Assembly: GCA_963702895.1 (NCBI GenBank)
Contig: OY969767.1
Coordinates: 2,528,001-2,592,000, forward strand
Origin: an uncultured Elusimicrobia bacterium
GTDB taxonomy: Bacteria; Elusimicrobiota; Elusimicrobia; 2-01-FULL-59-12
DNA: 64,000 nucleotides
Reading direction: 5' to 3'
Numbering within the stretch: position 1 is the first letter of the stretch; every line of letters begins with the position of its first letter. The translations under genes and the position numbers were made by a program. The notes below the pieces were generated by a model, which searched no databases, had not been told where the DNA came from, and was given only the letters and a program-made list of their open reading frames with translations. This document shows, piece after piece, positions 38,665 to 49,376 of the stretch.

Positions 38665-40350
38665 ATGTCCCTGGGGAAATTCGCCAGCTGGCTCTTCGTG
38701 TTGGGGACAAGCATGGTCTCCTTCGCGGAGGCTGCGCCGAAAGTGCGTCGACCCATCAAGCCGGTCGTCGTCCGTGATATCTACGTTGAGCAAAAGAACG
38801 TCTTTGACCCCAACGTTCCCGGCGAAGACATGTGGCTTTTTCGCTGGGCCAACCGGTTTCATATTCAAACCAGGGCCTCCGTGATCCGGCGTGAGCTTCT
38901 GTTTCGCCCGGGGGACCGTTCGGATACGGAGCATATCCAGGAGTCGGAACGTAACCTTCGCGCGCTTCCCTTTATCAAAGACGCAACCCTCCGGCAACGG
39001 GCCAATCCCGACGGCAGTGTCGACTTGACGGTCACCACACAAGACTCCTGGACCACGCAGCCGCAATTCAACGTTTCAAGCGAAGGCGGGCAAACCATCT
39101 ATTCCGCTGGCTTTGAGGAAATCAATCTCCTCGGTTATGGCAAACATTTGTCTTATTTTTATAAGGAAGACGAGGAAGGCGTCGGCCACGAGGTTGGCTA
39201 CAGCGATCCGCAATTCCTGAACACGCGCTGGCGCTTCACCTCTTCTTTTGAGGACATACCAACGGGCGACGAGGAGACCGTGAATCTGGACCATCCCTTT
39301 TACTCTCTGACCACGCGCGTCGCGGGCGGCGTTCCTTTGAACCGCTCCCGGCGCATGGAGAAAATCTTAGAAGACGGTGTGGAAGTCAGCCGACATGAGC
39401 ACGACCATCTCGAGATGCGCCCCTACACGGGCCTTTGGGTGAACCGTGACCCCTTAAATGTTTGGCGCCTCACGCTCACCTATCGTTACACCGAGGATTT
39501 CTATCAGTCCGAAGCCGCCACGCTCCCGAGCTATCTTCCTTCCAACCAAGCTCTTTCAGGCCCTATCTTGGCCGCCACGTTTACGCAGTCGGACTTTATC
39601 AAAGAGACCTTCATCGACAAAACGGGCCGGACGGAAGATATCAACCTCGGTCATGAGGCGCAGGCAGGGGTAGGTTATGTGGGAAGAACTCTCGGCGCGA
39701 CGGAAAATTCCATCCCCTTTTCGGTGAACGACGCGTTTGGTTTTGGAAATCGCAGGACCGGCTTTGGACTCATGTCCTTTGGCACCTCGAGCCGCTATTA
39801 CCTCTATTCCGATGGGCAAACGGGTGGTAGACTCATGAACGCTCTTTATTTCGCTAATTTCAATTACTATCGCCACCTGCGAAAGGACTTCCCCATGACG
39901 GGTGTCCTCCACGCCGAATCGGCTTATGTCCAAAACCCGGACGTGGAAAACCTTTTAACTTTGGGCGGGAATTCCGGCTTACGTGGATTTAAGAATGACT
40001 TCATGACCGGCAATAAAAGTCTCTTGATGAACTTGGAAACACGCTTTTACTATCCAAAAGAGGTGTTCCATTTAGCTTACGTGGGGGGCGCTGCCTTTAT
40101 CGACGCGGGCCAAGTTCAGCCGCAAGGGTATTCTTTCACCCGCCAGGATTTCCACGCCAACGTGGGGGTGGGCATGCGCTTTGGCCTGACCCGCTCCGCC
40201 GAAGGAACGGTGCTCCGCGTGGATCTCGCCTATGCCCTAGGCCCTATCCAGCAATCCAATCGATGGATTCTGTCCGTCTCCTCCGCTCAAGGCTTCAAGC
40301 GCGAGGCCAATACCTATAAAAACTTCGTCTCCGCCAAATCGACGCAGTAG
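38665..40350 (+). CDS. BamA/TamA (Omp85) family outer-membrane protein
   Basis: POTRA-like VIRRELLF...ESERNLR; LGGNSGLRGF; GVGMRF...RVDLAY. Confidence 0.8.
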   Translation: MSLGKFASWLFVLGTSMVSFAEAAPKVRRPIKPVVVRDIYVEQKNVFDPNVPGEDMWLFRWANRFHIQTRASVIRRELLFRPGDRSDTEHIQESERNLRALPFIKDATLRQRANPDGSVDLTVTTQDSWTTQPQFNVSSEGGQTIYSAGFEEINLLGYGKHLSYFYKEDEEGVGHEVGYSDPQFLNTRWRFTSSFEDIPTGDEETVNLDHPFYSLTTRVAGGVPLNRSRRMEKILEDGVEVSRHEHDHLEMRPYTGLWVNRDPLNVWRLTLTYRYTEDFYQSEAATLPSYLPSNQALSGPILAATFTQSDFIKETFIDKTGRTEDINLGHEAQAGVGYVGRTLGATENSIPFSVNDAFGFGNRRTGFGLMSFGTSSRYYLYSDGQTGGRLMNALYFANFNYYRHLRKDFPMTGVLHAESAYVQNPDVENLLTLGGNSGLRGFKNDFMTGNKSLLMNLETRFYYPKEVFHLAYVGGAAFIDAGQVQPQGYSFTRQDFHANVGVGMRFGLTRSAEGTVLRVDLAYALGPIQQSNRWILSVSSAQGFKREANTYKNFVSAKSTQ

Positions 40351-40566
40351 GGCCTAAGTTAAACCATGGGCCTATTGGTTTTAGCCCGCCTGCCCACTTA
40401 TCCACCGTCGAAGACACCTTAGAATTGAATGTGTGTCGAACGTGCGCGCGTAGCGCGTCAGGTGTTAACTTCCAATCGCTCCCAAACGCGACCGCCGCCG
40501 GTCCAAAACGCTTCTCGACGCGATAGCCCCACGGTAACCCAAATAATCCGATAAGCCACCCCTGAC

Positions 40567-40599
40567 GTCATCCCCCGCGGCCGTCAGCGGGGGATCCAT
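40567..40599 (+). repeat. REP-like palindrome
   Basis: GTCATCCCCCGCGGCCGTCAGCGGGGGATCCAT. Confidence 0.6.
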
Positions 40600-40783
40600 C
40601 GACGGCCTTGGTGTAGGTGTTGGTGGCGGGATCGAAGACGAAGGGTTTCACTTATTGGGTGAAAAATGAGGGGTCAACACAGGAGGCTTTGAAAAAGGGT
40701 GCAGCGCGTGATTTTACAGCGACGCGCAGAGGCAATAAAATACCTCGCAAGCCAGAGTGGAATCTGAACTGCGAGGTGCTTTT

Positions 40784-42103
40784 ATGTTACTGAAGAACTT
40801 GGACGTATACAAGGTCTCGACGACGGATCAAGCGGTGACGAGTTTTGCAGGGCTGCCGTTGTTGTTGGGGACGGCACGGAGCCTGGGGTTGGAGGAGCGG
40901 CTCAATGCGCTGCCGGTGAAGGAGCGGGCGCGGGGATACGATCCTGCCGAGAGTATTTTGGGGTTGATGGGATCGATCCAGGCGGGCGGGGAAGCGCTCG
41001 AAGACATCGGGCTGCTGCAAGGGGACGAGGGGATACGGCGCTTGCTGGGGGATTTTCCGGCAGCGAACACGTTGGGCGAATTTCTTCGGCGTTTTGGGCG
41101 CAAGACGATTCATGGGTTGGGATGGGTCCAGCTCAAGACGGCGGCGAAGGTGATCCGGGCCTGCGAGCTGTCTATTGTGACGATCGATATCGACGCTTAT
41201 TTTTTGGAGTCACAGAAGGAAGGCGTCTTGATGAATTACGATGGACTGGAAGGGTATTGTCCGGTGATGGTCAGTTGCGCGGAGCTGAAGATGCCGCTGG
41301 CCGGGGCGTTTCGGGCAGGCAATGCGAGCCCGATGGCGAACCTGGCGAGTTTGTTGCGGCGGGTCTTGCGGCAGTTTTCCGGTTTGCGGATGAGGGCGCG
41401 CTCAGACAGCGCGGGGTATCAGGCGAAGGTGGTTCGGGAATTGGATCGGGCCGGGGTGGACTTCACCATCACGGCGCGCAAGGATGATGCCGTTTTGGAA
41501 GCGATTCGGTCGATTCCGGAGAAGGCCTGGAAGAAGTACAACTCGCCGGTCTATCCCCATAAGGGATCTGAGATTGCCGAGACGGTGCATGCTTTTGGGG
41601 AGGCGGACAAGGATATCGCCGCATTTCGGTTGGTCGTGGTGCGCTGGCAGCAGGAGCCGCAAGGCGAGCTTTTCGATAAGGAGCACTTTGAATACCATGC
41701 GGTGGCGACGCGGTTCACATGGGAACCGGGATTGGTTCTGCAATTTCACCGTAACCGGCAGGATGGGTCGGAGAACGTGAACCGGGAGATGAAGAGCGAG
41801 GGTGGGTTTGGATTATCCAAGCTGCCGTGCCGGGATTTTATGGCCAATGCCGCCTATTTCCAGATCGCGATGTTGGCGTCGGTGGTCACGGCAGCCTTCA
41901 AGCATTTGGTTCTGCCGAAAGCCTGGCAGAGCTTCACGATCCAGACGCTGCGGCACCGGCTGATCCGCTTGGCCGGGACAGTGTGCCGGAAGTCGCGCTA
42001 TCTGTGGTTAAAGATTCCGGAAAACTACCCGTTCCGGCGGGTTTTTGAAGAGGCGCGCTATGGCGTGTTGGGGCTGTCTGTGGTGATCGCGTCTACCGGT
42101 TGA
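40784..42103 (+). mobile_element. IS1380-family transposase (element ends not resolved)
   Basis: TSFAGL, IDID, RSDSAGY, FHRNR...EN...EMK, FMANAAYFQ, TLRHRLI. Confidence 0.88.
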
Positions 42104-42408
42104 TTGACGGGACGGCGACACCGAAGGCATCGACGGAGGGAAAGAACCGAACAGAGGGTCGGAGCGGCGAAAACTGCCGCAAAAGGCCGACAATTGATCA
42201 GACGGTAGTCTGAACCGCCTCCGAGGGAAGCCAAGGGTACCCGAAGCAGGCGAGAAACCTGGTCGCCGCGGCGACCGAGCGGTGAAAAATTGGGACCTAT
42301 GTGTGGCCTACGTCAAAACGCAGCGCTGCAGAAAATTACCGGAGCTTTTGGGACGGTAAGAATTCGCTGGCACACCCACGCCCTCAAGACATATGCTTAG
42401 CTCTTCCT

Positions 42409-43440
42409 ATGCACCTGCGCCCACCATCCGCGCTTCAAAGGGTCGCCGCCCTCGGCGCCGTGGTCGCGATGCTGGCCGCGTGTGCCACTGACACCAGTAT
42501 GCATCGGACTCTGCAAGAGATGCAGGACTACGACGCCTACATCGCCAGTCGCGAGGCATTTCTTGCGAAGTACCCACAATCCGCGTATGCGACCAAGGTC
42601 CGCGACGAGATTATTCGCGGGGCTGCAGCGAGTGGCGATTTCGCCACGTTTCGGCGCTGGTTTGAGCGTCTTCCCGAGCCCGAGCGCAAGGATGCCCTGC
42701 GAAGTGGCCTCTGGAGAGCCGTCGAAGGGTGGCAATTCAATATGCGGCCGGATAAGACGTTGCGCCAATCTGAACTGACGAGAGCCGCCTTCATCCGCGA
42801 ACTTGGAAAGATGGGGTTAGATGTTCGCGACGCCTGCAAGCCATATCGGAGCGGCGGTCAAAACCTCTTCGAGAATCCTAAGCTGTACGAGGAACAGCCT
42901 ATACTGCTCGGTATCCTTGTCAAAATGGGTGCGGAACCAAATTACTGGCTTTCAAGAGCGATCGAAGACAATAGCATTGGCCTCGTGGAGGTTCTCCTTG
43001 AGCATGGCGCCCAAGCCAACGGAGTCGGAAGAGGCGGAGAGCCTCTGCTGATCGGGGCCTCTCGTCGAAACCAAGCCAAGATGGTGTCGCTCCTTCTCGC
43101 TCACGGCGCCGACGCCAACATACGCTGGAAAGACCAGACACCCCTAAAAGCAGTTGTCGGCCTCTGCGGCCAATACGAGGGCCTCCGCCCGCTGGAGATT
43201 CTTCAAGGTGCATCCCCGAAGCCACTTGAGCCTTCCCCCGCCCTCGTGAAGGCCCTACTGGATGCCGGGGCGAAGGCGGCGGACGTCGCCATCCCTAAGC
43301 CGGCGGAGCTACAGCGCTCCATGGAGATCATCACAGGCGATGGTAAGTCTAGGGTCAATGTGTCCACTCCAGTGAAGACCACGCCCGCATGCGAGGATGT
43401 GGCTCGGCTACTACAGAACGCTAGGTTGAGGCAGCGCTGA
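42409..43440 (+). CDS. Putative lipoprotein with ankyrin repeats
   Basis: LAAC lipobox; LLEHGAQAN, LLAHGADAN...TPL. Confidence 0.75.
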   Translation: MHLRPPSALQRVAALGAVVAMLAACATDTSMHRTLQEMQDYDAYIASREAFLAKYPQSAYATKVRDEIIRGAAASGDFATFRRWFERLPEPERKDALRSGLWRAVEGWQFNMRPDKTLRQSELTRAAFIRELGKMGLDVRDACKPYRSGGQNLFENPKLYEEQPILLGILVKMGAEPNYWLSRAIEDNSIGLVEVLLEHGAQANGVGRGGEPLLIGASRRNQAKMVSLLLAHGADANIRWKDQTPLKAVVGLCGQYEGLRPLEILQGASPKPLEPSPALVKALLDAGAKAADVAIPKPAELQRSMEIITGDGKSRVNVSTPVKTTPACEDVARLLQNARLRQR

Positions 43441-43515
43441 ATACACGACTGAGACAAGAACTATGCCCAGATCCTTGCCTGTACTGCACGGGGACGCTCC
43501 ATCTCCTCCTCGCCC

Positions 43516-43575
43516 GGCTTCAAGCGCGAGGCCAATACCTATAAAAACTTCGTCTCCGCCAAATCAACGCAGTAA
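43516..43575 (+). repeat. Duplicate of the last 60 bp of the BamA-like gene (40291-40350)
   Basis: GGCTTCAAGCGCGAGGCCAATACC...CGCAGTAR; two differences. Confidence 0.95.
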
Positions 43576-43627
43576 AGGAACTTATGGCAACGTCTGACAT
43601 GGCCGGTGCTGTCTGTTGAAAATACGA

Positions 43628-45907
43628 TTACTTCCTCAAGGACTGAATGTGCTGCGCCAGGGCGGGATCAGGCGCGAGCTCTAAAGCGCGCTGGTAGTAT
43701 CCTGCAGCCAGGCCCGGGTTCGCAAGGACGCGCTCGGCAAAACTGGCCAGCTCGATCCAGCGAGCCGGGAGGAGGGGGTTCATCTCGACAGATTTTAAAT
43801 AAAGCTCGTGGATGCGATAAGACCCCTGGCTCGCGGAGGGAGATAGTGCAAGGTGGTGCGCGACCAGATACGGGAGGTCGGGATTTTTGGGGTCCAGGAC
43901 CATCAGTTTCTGAAAACAATCAGCGGCCTCCGTGAAGCGGCCTGTTAAAGAGCAAATCATCCCGACGTAATAGAGTCCGGAGGTGCTTTTCCCCCTCCCC
44001 ATGGCGGCCCTGCAAACAGGTTCAATTTTACGCAAATCCTCTTCTTTCAAACGACCCTTTTTCGCGAGCGCGTTGTATTGGGCTGAACAGGCGGCGTCCA
44101 ATCCCGGTCCATAGGAAGGGGCGGTTTTCATGAGAAGGTCTGCGACCTCCAGGGCCTCTTCGGTGTGGCCTGTGATATTGAGCCCCGCAATGAATTGAGA
44201 CAGCCCCTGCGCCGCCATCGCATGGAAGCCCGTGAGCAGCGAGGCCTCTTGAAGAATGGCATGGGCCTGGCGGAGAACCGGCTCGAGCGCGCTTGCCGGC
44301 ATGGGCGGGATATCCTCCCGGTAGCCTTTCTTGAGGAAAATGGTGCTGACTTCATCCAGATAGACGAGCCGCCAATCGGGAACGCCCAGGATCCAAAACA
44401 GAAAAGACCGCCATATCGTCGACGGATGGAGGATCACGACGGCCTGGAAATCGTAGGCTGCGTCTTCCGAGGTGAATTGACTGGGGGTCTCCAAAATGGC
44501 GATCTGTCGCCTGTAATGCTCCGGTGAATAAACCTCGACATAACGGCTGTCAATATAGGGACGAAAGCGGGCATCTTCCCACAGCATCTGATTGGTGAAA
44601 TCGGAGTCTGCAAAAGTTCTGGCCTCCACGAGATTTTTTTCGATGAGATAGCGGCAGGCTTTTTCAGGAAGGGTGAAGGGCGTGAGCCCGAGACCGGTCA
44701 AGAGTCCCTTGTTGAGCCTGAACAGATTCGTCCACATCCCCGCCGCAAACAAAAGCGAAAGAAAGACTGGGACGAACGTGACCCGGCGAATCACCTGAGC
44801 AGCGCCTAGGCGCGACAAGACAGGAAGGAGTTTTGGGAACAACCACCCATGAAGGCCGCGCGCCAGAGCCAAGAGCGCAAACGGCAGAATGAGAAAATAA
44901 GCCTGAATGATATTGCGCAGCATCAGCTCCCCAAAATAGAGGGTAAAAAGGAGAAGGACCGAATAGCCTTCACCAAGCGCACGCCTCCCGGCCCGCCAGG
45001 ACATGAGACCCAGCACCGCAAGGATCCCCCAGAAGATTTGTCCCTGCAGGGTGTTCCATGCGGGATTTCCTTCGCCAATGGTTCGCGTAAACATCGGATT
45101 CTGGGTCACTTCGTACAAATTGAGCGGGTAGCTCGCGCCCGCCAAGCCCCGCGGGTTCACAAGACAGGCCAGAACGACCAGAATCAAGATCATCGTCATC
45201 GGGAGTCGGTCTGGGTAAGGCTGTGAGGGCGCTTTGAACAGGCACGAGATCCACGCGGCCCCCGCGAGGGCGATCCCCAGAACAAACATGCCATGGGTGT
45301 TCACCCAGATCAGCTGTAAGACGGGGAGCAAGAGCAAGAAGCGAAATCCTCGATGCTCCTGGAACGCCTTGACCAAGACCAGGATAAAGGCAGCGGAGAG
45401 GATCTGACTGCATGTCTCCGGCCTGGGGACCCAGCGTGAGGAAATAATCGGAAGGAGCAAGATCAGCGCTGAAAATCCAAAAAGACGTTCCAGTGCGGCA
45501 CGGGAGGGTCGATCAAGTGTGACCGCCTGTAGGGATGACTTCTCGCGGGATTTGCCTGCCACGGACTGCCTGAGCGGATCCTGAACGCGATCGATCAGCA
45601 GACAAGCGGAGAGCCAGGAGAGGACCAGAGCCCCTCCCGCAAGGAGGGAGTGGAAAACAGTGGTGCCGGCGTAACCTGCGATCCTGGAAGCTGTATAAAG
45701 GAGCACTTCGTAACCCCAGGTGATGTCCATCCAGGGACGTCCATAAAACGTAAAAGAAAAGGGATCCATCTTGGGCACCCGTGCGTGTTCCCAGATCCAC
45801 CGGCCTGTCGCCAGATGCCAGAAGAAGTCCGTGTCGTTGATCGTCGTATGCGAGGCAAGCAAGACCAGCGCCATCAAGGCGACAGAAGATCGCAAGGTTG
45901 TTTTCAT
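43628..45907 (-). CDS. Multi-TM membrane protein (GT-C-like) with C-terminal TPRs
   Basis: DTDFFWHLATGRWI, WVNTHG, YIDSR, TPR-like tail. Confidence 0.75.
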   Translation of the reverse strand: MKTTLRSSVALMALVLLASHTTINDTDFFWHLATGRWIWEHARVPKMDPFSFTFYGRPWMDITWGYEVLLYTASRIAGYAGTTVFHSLLAGGALVLSWLSACLLIDRVQDPLRQSVAGKSREKSSLQAVTLDRPSRAALERLFGFSALILLLPIISSRWVPRPETCSQILSAAFILVLVKAFQEHRGFRFLLLLPVLQLIWVNTHGMFVLGIALAGAAWISCLFKAPSQPYPDRLPMTMILILVVLACLVNPRGLAGASYPLNLYEVTQNPMFTRTIGEGNPAWNTLQGQIFWGILAVLGLMSWRAGRRALGEGYSVLLLFTLYFGELMLRNIIQAYFLILPFALLALARGLHGWLFPKLLPVLSRLGAAQVIRRVTFVPVFLSLLFAAGMWTNLFRLNKGLLTGLGLTPFTLPEKACRYLIEKNLVEARTFADSDFTNQMLWEDARFRPYIDSRYVEVYSPEHYRRQIAILETPSQFTSEDAAYDFQAVVILHPSTIWRSFLFWILGVPDWRLVYLDEVSTIFLKKGYREDIPPMPASALEPVLRQAHAILQEASLLTGFHAMAAQGLSQFIAGLNITGHTEEALEVADLLMKTAPSYGPGLDAACSAQYNALAKKGRLKEEDLRKIEPVCRAAMGRGKSTSGLYYVGMICSLTGRFTEAADCFQKLMVLDPKNPDLPYLVAHHLALSPSASQGSYRIHELYLKSVEMNPLLPARWIELASFAERVLANPGLAAGYYQRALELAPDPALAQHIQSLRK

Positions 45908-47097
45908 GAGCCTCTTTTCGCGCCTGGCTTGTACTCCGGGGGCCACAGGGTGAAAAGCCCGTCTTCTTTCAGGTCCGGCTCAAACAGGCGCCGGATGCAG
46001 ACATTGTCTCCCTGGCAAGGCGTGGTCTCGGCGATGTGCAGACAGGGGGAGCATGGAATTTTTTGATAAAGAATTTCTTCGTGAATGTTCGCAAGGGGGT
46101 CCAGGCGCGTGCTCGGGTCTGTCGGCCCCCAGAAGGAGACGCAGGGCACTCCGAGCAGGCGCGCCAGGTGCGTGAGCCCGGAATCGATGCCCCAGAATTC
46201 CTCGGCGCTGGCCAGGAGCGTGAGCGAGTCCGGCAAGGACAAGGCACCGCAACGGTGGGAGCAGGCCAGGTCTTGGCGGTCGGCTTTGAGAAGTGTCATC
46301 GTCTGCTCCGCCAAGTCGCGCTCCGCGCTTGCGCCAAGAAAGATCACCTCCGCGCGCGTGCCGCGCGGGAGGCGGCTCATGATGAAAGTTTTCCATTGGG
46401 ATGCGCTCAGCATCCGTTCCTTGCCGAAATCCGAGCATCCCTGGCCCACCGCGATTCGACGCACTCCCGTGGGAGGGGCGGCCTCGGGCAGGGCAAGTCG
46501 CGCGCGCAGATGCTGCCGGCTCTGGTCCCAAGACGCCGGTTCCGCCCCTAAAAGGCGCGTGATCTGCGCATAGAAGAGGTAGGCGGCAGAGGTGCGATTA
46601 AAGAAAATGAGGTGGGTGTTGAGATACTTGCGCCAGTAGACATTTTCAAGATAAAACCCGATACGGTTTCGTGCCATCGTCAAGAGTGAAAAGATGGTGG
46701 AAAGACGGCTGTAGACTTCGAGATCGATCAGGACATCCGCCCCAAGACACGCAGACCAGGCCCGCGCGCAGGACCATAAGAGGCGCAGGAGCGACCGCTC
46801 GTCAAGCACTTGGATCTTGTCGAAGACACCCAGCACCTCCGCAAAAGGGCGAACAGAACCAGAAGTCACAAGGACCAAGCTCGCCGTGGGATATCGCTTC
46901 CGGAGGCCCAGAATGGACGGGAAGGCCAACACAAGGGAACCGCCCCCTTGGTACTTGAAGTAAGCGATGGTCTGGATATGGTCGAGTGAGCGGCGGCGGC
47001 GTAAGACCTTGCCCAGCATCCAAGTGGCGGGACGCAGGAACAACAGAAGCGCTCCGCCCAGATAAGAGTCAATCCATCTTTTTTGATGAAACGTCAT
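45904..47097 (-). CDS. Glycosyltransferase family 9 (heptosyltransferase-like)
   Basis: DSGLTHLA...VSFWGPTDP...CSPC. Confidence 0.88.
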   Translation of the reverse strand: MTFHQKRWIDSYLGGALLLFLRPATWMLGKVLRRRRSLDHIQTIAYFKYQGGGSLVLAFPSILGLRKRYPTASLVLVTSGSVRPFAEVLGVFDKIQVLDERSLLRLLWSCARAWSACLGADVLIDLEVYSRLSTIFSLLTMARNRIGFYLENVYWRKYLNTHLIFFNRTSAAYLFYAQITRLLGAEPASWDQSRQHLRARLALPEAAPPTGVRRIAVGQGCSDFGKERMLSASQWKTFIMSRLPRGTRAEVIFLGASAERDLAEQTMTLLKADRQDLACSHRCGALSLPDSLTLLASAEEFWGIDSGLTHLARLLGVPCVSFWGPTDPSTRLDPLANIHEEILYQKIPCSPCLHIAETTPCQGDNVCIRRLFEPDLKEDGLFTLWPPEYKPGAKRGS

Positions 47098-47940
47098 TTA
47101 GCCTTCCCGGGCAAACAGCAGGCCCATCTCCCCTATATTGAATGGAATTGGGATTCGAAATGAAAGTCCTGTCCTGAGAGAAACCTCATTTTGCGGTCCG
47201 GCCCAGTGTCTGAAATGATGCCAAAGCATTTTCCAGGAAGTCCACTTCGCTGGATAAAAGCGTTTTTTTAAGAAAAACCCGTAAGGCCTCAAAAAGAATT
47301 CAAGACCCTGTTGGGACCAGTGAAACCGATGGTCGGAAAGACGATGCGGCCAAAAGCGTCCCATCACGCGCTCGGAAAAACATCCCGCCTCCGGAGCAAC
47401 GATCAAGAGCTCGGAGCGCTGCGCGCTGGGAATCATCCATTCCACAAAGGCGCGGGGTCGATCCAAATGCTCAAAACTGTCGGCAAAGATCCAGAGGTCC
47501 ACATTCTCCGGGAATTGCGGCGGCAAGCGGGAAGCCAGGAACAGCCGGTCTGCCGGAACACCCAACTGCTGAGCGCGGGAGAGATGGTCCTCCGAGGCTT
47601 CAATGCCATAGACAGAACGGGCCCGGCCCGCCAGGTCCATCAGGGTCCATCCTCCGCCAAAACCGACTTCGCAAACGCTTTTTTGCGACAAATCCAGGGC
47701 AAGCTGAGAAAGCCAGTGGCGGTGTGTGCGCGCTTTCAAGTGGCCTTCCTCGGGATCATCGTGGCTTCTTTGGGAAGCATAGGAGGCGTCGTAGGAAACG
47801 CTGGCGCGGCAGGCTTGCAGGTCCCAAAAGGAGCCGCAGGCCGGGCAAACTCTGCGCGCGGCGCTCACGGAGAGGCTGTTCGATGCATGGCCGCACAGAA
47901 GCTCGGCAGCCGGAGAAACAGAATGTTCTTGGGCTGTCAT
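47098..47940 (-). CDS. Class I SAM-dependent methyltransferase
   Basis: CPACG, EVGFGGG, DSFEHL. Confidence 0.8.
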   Translation of the reverse strand: MTAQEHSVSPAAELLCGHASNSLSVSAARRVCPACGSFWDLQACRASVSYDASYASQRSHDDPEEGHLKARTHRHWLSQLALDLSQKSVCEVGFGGGWTLMDLAGRARSVYGIEASEDHLSRAQQLGVPADRLFLASRLPPQFPENVDLWIFADSFEHLDRPRAFVEWMIPSAQRSELLIVAPEAGCFSERVMGRFWPHRLSDHRFHWSQQGLEFFLRPYGFFLKKRFYPAKWTSWKMLWHHFRHWAGPQNEVSLRTGLSFRIPIPFNIGEMGLLFAREG

Positions 47941-47975
47941 TTTAGTGCACCATGCCCCCTATGTGGGCCAGGCCT

Positions 47976-49337
47976 TTATTCAAGAGTGATGCGCGAAAAT
48001 CCAAGGGAGGGCCGAAGCGCCTCGGGGATAACGACGGAGCCGTCCGCTTGCTGGAAGTTCTCAAGGATCGCTGCGAACGTGCGGCCGACGGCGACCCCGG
48101 AACCATTTAAGGTGTGCACAAACTCTTTTTTTCCATCAGCGCGTTTGAACTTGATATTCATGCGCCGTGCCTGAAAATCGGTGAAGGTGGAACAGGAGGA
48201 GATTTCGCGCCACCTCCCCTTCCTCTGTCCCGCGTCCTGTGTCCCGCGTCCCGCGCCTGTCCTGGACTCTGGACGCGAGACTCGGGACTCGGGACCGTCC
48301 TCGGAGGGTTCACCCGGCATCCACACTTCCAAGTCATAGGTCTTGGCGGAGGCAAACCCCAGGTCCCCCGTACACAAAGCGACGACGCGGTAAGGGATTT
48401 TGAGCTTGTCGAGGATTTTTTCTGCGCTTGCCGTGATCAGCTCCAGCGCTTGAAGGGAGTCCTCGGGCTTTACAAACTGGACGAGCTCCACTTTGTTGAA
48501 CTGGTGGTTGCGGATGAGTCCCTTCGTGTCCTGCCCGTAGGACCCCGCCTCGCGCCGGAAGCAGGAGGAATAGCACACGTATTTTTTGGGGAGGTCTTTC
48601 TCATCGAGCACCTCGTCCCGGTGGAGATTGGTGACCGAGACTTCGGCGGTCGGGATGAGATACAGGTTGTCCCGCTCAACGCGGAAGAGCTCTTCTTCAA
48701 AGCGGGGGAGTTGTCCTGTCCCTTGCATGGATTGAGGTGTGACCAGATACGGCGCAAAGATCTCGGTATAGCCGTGCTCCTGGGTATGGACATCGAGCAT
48801 GAAGGTGATGAGCGCGCGCTCGAGCGCTGCTCCCTGGCCCTTAAGCACGGGAAATCCCGAACCCGAGAGCTTCACCCCAGACTTAAAGTCGAGGATGCCC
48901 AACGCCTCGCCGATCTCCAGATGCGATTGAGGGACAAAACCGAACTCCGTTTTTTTGCCGACCTCACGCAGGACTTTATTGTCGGCCGCTTCAGCCCCCA
49001 CGGGAACCGAAGCGTCCGGCATGTTATTGAGGCGCAAAAGAAGATCGTTGAGTTTGGGGTCGATCTCGGCGAGCTGAGCTTCGAGGACTTTGATTTCCCC
49101 CTTTTTGAATTCCACCTCTTTCAGGAGGGGCGCGACGTCCCCTTTCTGGGCCTTCACGCGTCCAATTTGGTCGGCGGACTTGTTGCGCGCGGCCTGCAGG
49201 CGCTCGAGCTCCGCCAGAACCTGACGACGCTCGCCATCCAGGACATAGAGAGTGCCGATATCGAGCTTCGAGCGGCGATGAACGAGCATCTGCTCGAGGG
49301 CTTTCCTGTTTTCGCGGATCCACCGTATGTCAAGCAT
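47976..49337 (-). CDS. serS: Seryl-tRNA synthetase with an in-frame insertion of about 27 aa
   Basis: MLDIRWIR, YLIPTAEV, FRREAG, HQFNKVE, EISSCS, HTLNGSG. Confidence 0.97.
   Translation of the reverse strand: MLDIRWIRENRKALEQMLVHRRSKLDIGTLYVLDGERRQVLAELERLQAARNKSADQIGRVKAQKGDVAPLLKEVEFKKGEIKVLEAQLAEIDPKLNDLLLRLNNMPDASVPVGAEAADNKVLREVGKKTEFGFVPQSHLEIGEALGILDFKSGVKLSGSGFPVLKGQGAALERALITFMLDVHTQEHGYTEIFAPYLVTPQSMQGTGQLPRFEEELFRVERDNLYLIPTAEVSVTNLHRDEVLDEKDLPKKYVCYSSCFRREAGSYGQDTKGLIRNHQFNKVELVQFVKPEDSLQALELITASAEKILDKLKIPYRVVALCTGDLGFASAKTYDLEVWMPGEPSEDGPESRVSRPESRTGAGRGTQDAGQRKGRWREISSCSTFTDFQARRMNIKFKRADGKKEFVHTLNGSGVAVGRTFAAILENFQQADGSVVIPEALRPSLGFSRITLE
48225..48300. repeat. Heptamer-repeat hairpin inserted in frame in serS
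   Basis: GTCCCGC-like heptamers followed by GGGACTC-like heptamers. Confidence 0.85.
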
Positions 49338-49376
49338 CAGGAGCCTCCGAGGGCATCATGAAGGGGATTATAGATA

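Noticed and set aside
40600..42360. Terminal inverted repeats and TSD of the IS1380 element
   Set aside because: They could not be identified confidently by eye.
48114..49361. 415-aa plus-strand ORF, and similar long ORFs at 51358-52941, 55048-55992 and 24578-25435
   Set aside because: Antisense shadows of serS, batD, batA and nrfA in GC-rich DNA, with no recognisable motifs.
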